This document shows positions 4,517 to 7,068 of a stretch of 7,068 nt of DNA, piece after piece; within the stretch, counting starts at the first letter, position 1, and each line of letters opens with the position of its first letter. The position numbers and the translations under genes are program-made. The notes under the pieces were generated by a model. It did not search any database and was not told the origin of the DNA. It saw nothing but the letters and a program-made list of their open reading frames with translations. Source of the DNA: an archaeon (lineage in GTDB: Archaea > Iainarchaeota > Iainarchaeia > Iainarchaeales > CSSED10-239); the NCBI GenBank assembly GCA_035387745.1, contig DAOOON010000033.1, forward strand, positions 1 to 7,068, written 5' to 3'.

Positions 4517-7068
4517 ATGGGAATTGATTTTGAATCTGAAGAAATAATTGTGGGCAGAATCCAAAGCCACATAAAAAAATACGGAAAGAAAGGAACAGGC
4601 TATATAGGTAAAGTCGTGGTATCTAGCGGAGAAGAACCAGTACTTGGAAAAAAAGTTTTAATGGATGTCTCTAGATCACATGTTGCAATTGTTTGCGGAA
4701 AAAGAGGTGGGGGTAAATGCCTTACTGGAAACACCTTAATTACATTAGAAGACGGCAGAGAGATACCAATCAAAGATTTAGAAAAAGAAAATAAAAAAAT
4801 AATTTCTTTACAAAACAATCTTAAATTAAAATGCAATAAAAAATATCAATTCTATAAACGTACTGCTGATAAAACTTTAAAAATAACCTTAAGAAGCGGT
4901 AAAAAAATAGAATTAACCCCCGAACACCCGCTATTAACAATAAATGGTTGGAAAGAATCTAAGGAATTAAAAAAAGGAAGTCGTATTGCCACCCCCAGAA
5001 TTATTCCTAAATTTGGAAATAAAAAGCTTCCTGACTGCGAAGTTAAATTATTAGCGTATTTAATCGCAGAGGGCCATTTAGGGAATAGTTTTGTGTTATT
5101 TTGTAATACTGATAAAAAGATTATTTCAGAATTTACTGCTGCCGTAAACAAATTTGATAACAAACTCACAATTAACAAACACGGCAATTTTAACCTACGA
5201 ATTGTTGATAACAATAACATCAGAAAAATAATCAAAAATCAAAGAAATGACAGACAACAATTTAGTAAAGGCATCGTTTTTGATAAAAAATCTTCGATTA
5301 GAAAATATCTTGAAAAAATTAATTTGTATAATGTAAAATCAGAAACTAAATTTGTCCCAGAAACTATATTTCAATTACCTAAAGAACAACTTTCCATTTT
5401 CTTAAATAGACTGTTTTCTTGTGATGGCACAATTTATTTTGATAAAAATAAAAATGAATATAATATATCTTATTCGTCTTCATCTCCTAAATTAATACAA
5501 CAGATCCAAAGTTTACTTTTAAGATTTGGATTGCTTTCGATAATTAGAACAAAGAAAACCAAAAAATTACCAAATTATGAACTAAAGATCCTTTCGTCTC
5601 AAAATATTGAATTTATTAAAAAAATCGGGTTTTTTGGAAATAAAAAAGAAATACAAAAAAAAGTAAAACTAAAATCTAGTAATCCGAATGTAGATACAAT
5701 TCCTAAAGAAATTTGGAATATCTATAGACCAAAAAACTGGGCAATAATTGGTAAAGAATTTGGATACAAATTACCAAAAGCATTAAGGTCATCAATCAAT
5801 AATTCTCCATCAAGAGAAAAACTATTTAAAATTGCAAATTTCGAAAAAAATGAAGAGCTTAAAAAAATTGCGACAAGCGATATCTTCTGGGACGAAATTC
5901 AGGATATAAAAAAAATAAACAAAAAACAAATTGTGTATGACATAACAGTTCCAGAAACTCACAATTTTGTAGCAAATAATATTATTGTTCATAATAGTTA
6001 CACTATGTCTGTTCTGATAGAAGAATTTGCAAAACAACCATTTGAAATTAAAGAAAGGTTATCTGTTATTGTTATTGACACTGTCGGAATATTTTGGACT
6101 ATGAAATATCCAAATAAAGACGAGACGGAACTTCTTGAAAAATGGAATCTAAAACCAGACGGAATAGAAATCAGAAACCTTGTGCCTTTTGGTAAGAAAG
6201 ACTTCTATGAACAAAAGAATCTCCCACATGACGGGTATTTCTCTATAAGAACTTCGCAAATGGATATTGAAGACTGGTTGGGTGTATTTAGACTTAATTG
6301 GAGGGATGCAGAATCGTCTTTGCTTTCAAGAACCATAGAGAAAATAAAAAATAAGGTTGGAAGCCTCTTTGATATTGACGATATCATGAATGAAACAAAA
6401 AAAGACGCAGAAACCTCACAAGAAATAATTAATTCTCTTAACAACAGATTTCTTGTTGCTAAATCTTGGGGGCTTTTTTCTAGATCCGGAACAACAATGA
6501 AAGAGTTTGCAAAGCCAGGAACAATAACTATTGTTGATACTAGTACCTACAAAGAAGCAATTGGCATGGAATCCATTAAAGAACTAATTGTTGGAATACT
6601 AGGTAAAAGATTATATGAAGAAAGAATGCTATACAGAAAAGAAGAAGAGATGAGTTTATTAACTGGCGGAAGAAAAGAAAGCGAGATGCCAATTATCTGG
6701 ATGATGATTGATGAAGCACACATGTTTATGCCTAGCGACAGACAATCAATGGCGCTTGATGTTTTGTTACAGTGGATTAGAGTTGGGCGGCAGCCTGGTT
6801 TATCTTTACTTCTTGCAACACAAAGACCAAACAAACTTCATAACGAAGCAATATCGCAATGTGATTTTTTCTTAAGCATGAGAATGACTTCTCAAGAAGA
6901 CATTATGGCTGTTTCGTCTATTAGGCCAAGCTATCTTAATATTCCTATGGATAAATATTATGGACAGATGCCAAAAGACCAAGGCTTTGCAATACTTCTA
7001 GATGATAATTCTGAAAAAGTAATGCTAATAAAAGTTAGACCCAGAATTACTTGGGATGGTGGAAAGAC
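4517..7068 (+). CDS. FtsK/HerA-superfamily (DUF87/COG0433-like) P-loop ATPase precursor containing an intein; 3' end beyond the window
   Basis: Absent from the ORF track because it has no stop in the window. Translation from ATG 4517 gives 850 uninterrupted codons to 7066 (every codon checked). The N-extein is 67 aa and ends ...LMDVSRSHVAIVCGKRGGGK. The C-extein begins SYTMSVLIEEFAKQ... After removing the intein, Walker A reads GKRGGGKS. Walker B is IIWMMIDEAH (6692..6721). A superfamily-typical LLLATQRP motif follows (ATQRP = 6815..6829), and the visible end reads VRPRITWDGG. Confidence 0.85.
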   Translation, partial: MGIDFESEEIIVGRIQSHIKKYGKKGTGYIGKVVVSSGEEPVLGKKVLMDVSRSHVAIVCGKRGGGKCLTGNTLITLEDGREIPIKDLEKENKKIISLQNNLKLKCNKKYQFYKRTADKTLKITLRSGKKIELTPEHPLLTINGWKESKELKKGSRIATPRIIPKFGNKKLPDCEVKLLAYLIAEGHLGNSFVLFCNTDKKIISEFTAAVNKFDNKLTINKHGNFNLRIVDNNNIRKIIKNQRNDRQQFSKGIVFDKKSSIRKYLEKINLYNVKSETKFVPETIFQLPKEQLSIFLNRLFSCDGTIYFDKNKNEYNISYSSSSPKLIQQIQSLLLRFGLLSIIRTKKTKKLPNYELKILSSQNIEFIKKIGFFGNKKEIQKKVKLKSSNPNVDTIPKEIWNIYRPKNWAIIGKEFGYKLPKALRSSINNSPSREKLFKIANFEKNEELKKIATSDIFWDEIQDIKKINKKQIVYDITVPETHNFVANNIIVHNSYTMSVLIEEFAKQPFEIKERLSVIVIDTVGIFWTMKYPNKDETELLEKWNLKPDGIEIRNLVPFGKKDFYEQKNLPHDGYFSIRTSQMDIEDWLGVFRLNWRDAESSLLSRTIEKIKNKVGSLFDIDDIMNETKKDAETSQEIINSLNNRFLVAKSWGLFSRSGTTMKEFAKPGTITIVDTSTYKEAIGMESIKELIVGILGKRLYEERMLYRKEEEMSLLTGGRKESEMPIIWMMIDEAHMFMPSDRQSMALDVLLQWIRVGRQPGLSLLLATQRPNKLHNEAISQCDFFLSMRMTSQEDIMAVSSIRPSYLNIPMDKYYGQMPKDQGFAILLDDNSEKVMLIKVRPRITWDGGK
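4718..5995 (+). mobile_element. Class-1 intein (426 aa) with LAGLIDADG homing endonuclease, inserted in the Walker A P-loop
   Basis: Block A is Cys1, CLTGNTLITLEDG (TGC 4718..4720). Block B is TPEH (4916..4927). LAGLIDADG motif 1 is LLAYLIAEGHL (5048..5080) and motif 2 is FLNRLFSCDGT (5399..5431). A block H-like segment reads SSPKLIQQIQSLLLRFGLLS. Block F is VYDITVPETHNFVAN and block G is IIVHN (Asn 5993..5995). Ser+1 follows at 5996..5998. Excising 1278 nt (426 codons) keeps the frame and restores GxxGxGKS. Confidence 0.9.

Noticed and set aside
1780-5930. Poly-A runs inside CDSs (for example A8 near 1786, A7-A8 runs in the intein) as programmed frameshift sites
   Set aside because: All affected ORFs read through in a single frame and keep their motifs on both sides. 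The runs reflect Lys (AAA) codon bias in an AT-rich genome.
4600-6834. Five minus-strand track ORFs (4600..4836, 4852..5235, 5822..6037, 6205..6444, 6547..6834), which could be read as a cluster of small genes
   Set aside because: All five lie antisense inside the uninterrupted 850-codon plus-strand ORF, which has clear intein and ATPase motifs. Their products are low-complexity Leu/Ile/Phe/Ser-rich strings with no motifs, as expected for shadow frames of an AAA/GAA-rich coding strand.
4517-7068. Calling the ATPase a canonical HerA DNA-repair helicase
   Set aside because: Only 67 residues precede the P-loop, so there is no room for the HerA HAS-barrel domain. No NurA, Mre11 or Rad50 genes are visible. 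I kept the call at superfamily (DUF87/HerA-like) level.
1-7068. tRNA, rRNA, CRISPR arrays, IS elements or long direct/inverted repeats
   Set aside because: Intergenic space totals only a few hundred nt in short AT-rich spacers (39, 105, 131, 58 and 3 nt). I saw no repeat-spacer periodicity, cloverleaf-capable GC-rich segments, terminal inverted repeats or transposase-like ORFs. The only mobile element supported is the intein.

Overview
This is an AT-rich, tightly packed archaeal window. Alba and ribosomal protein L44e/eL42 mark it as archaeal, and the low G+C and small genes would fit a DPANN-type genome, though that is only inference. I support seven protein-coding genes and no RNA genes, CRISPR arrays or long repeats. 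The two largest genes are absent from the supplied ORF track because they run off the window edges. One is a minus-strand GT2 processive glycosyltransferase (1..1319). The other is an 850-codon plus-strand ORF (4517..7068) encoding an FtsK/HerA-superfamily (DUF87-like) P-loop ATPase. The main finding is that the ATPase Walker A motif is split between GK and S by a 426-codon intein (4718..5995). The intein has all canonical splicing blocks and an apparently intact two-motif LAGLIDADG homing endonuclease. The ATPase ORF lies in the same frame as the polytopic membrane protein gene before it (3839..4513), separated only by TAA and one codon. This suggests a membrane-anchored translocase-like module. 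The remaining genes are Alba, a small His-rich protein of unknown function, a SufS-type cysteine desulfurase and rpl44e. All minus-strand track ORFs between 4600 and 6834, and the plus-strand ORF 2550..2783, are antisense shadow ORFs. All family assignments come from motif recognition by eye; no searches were run.
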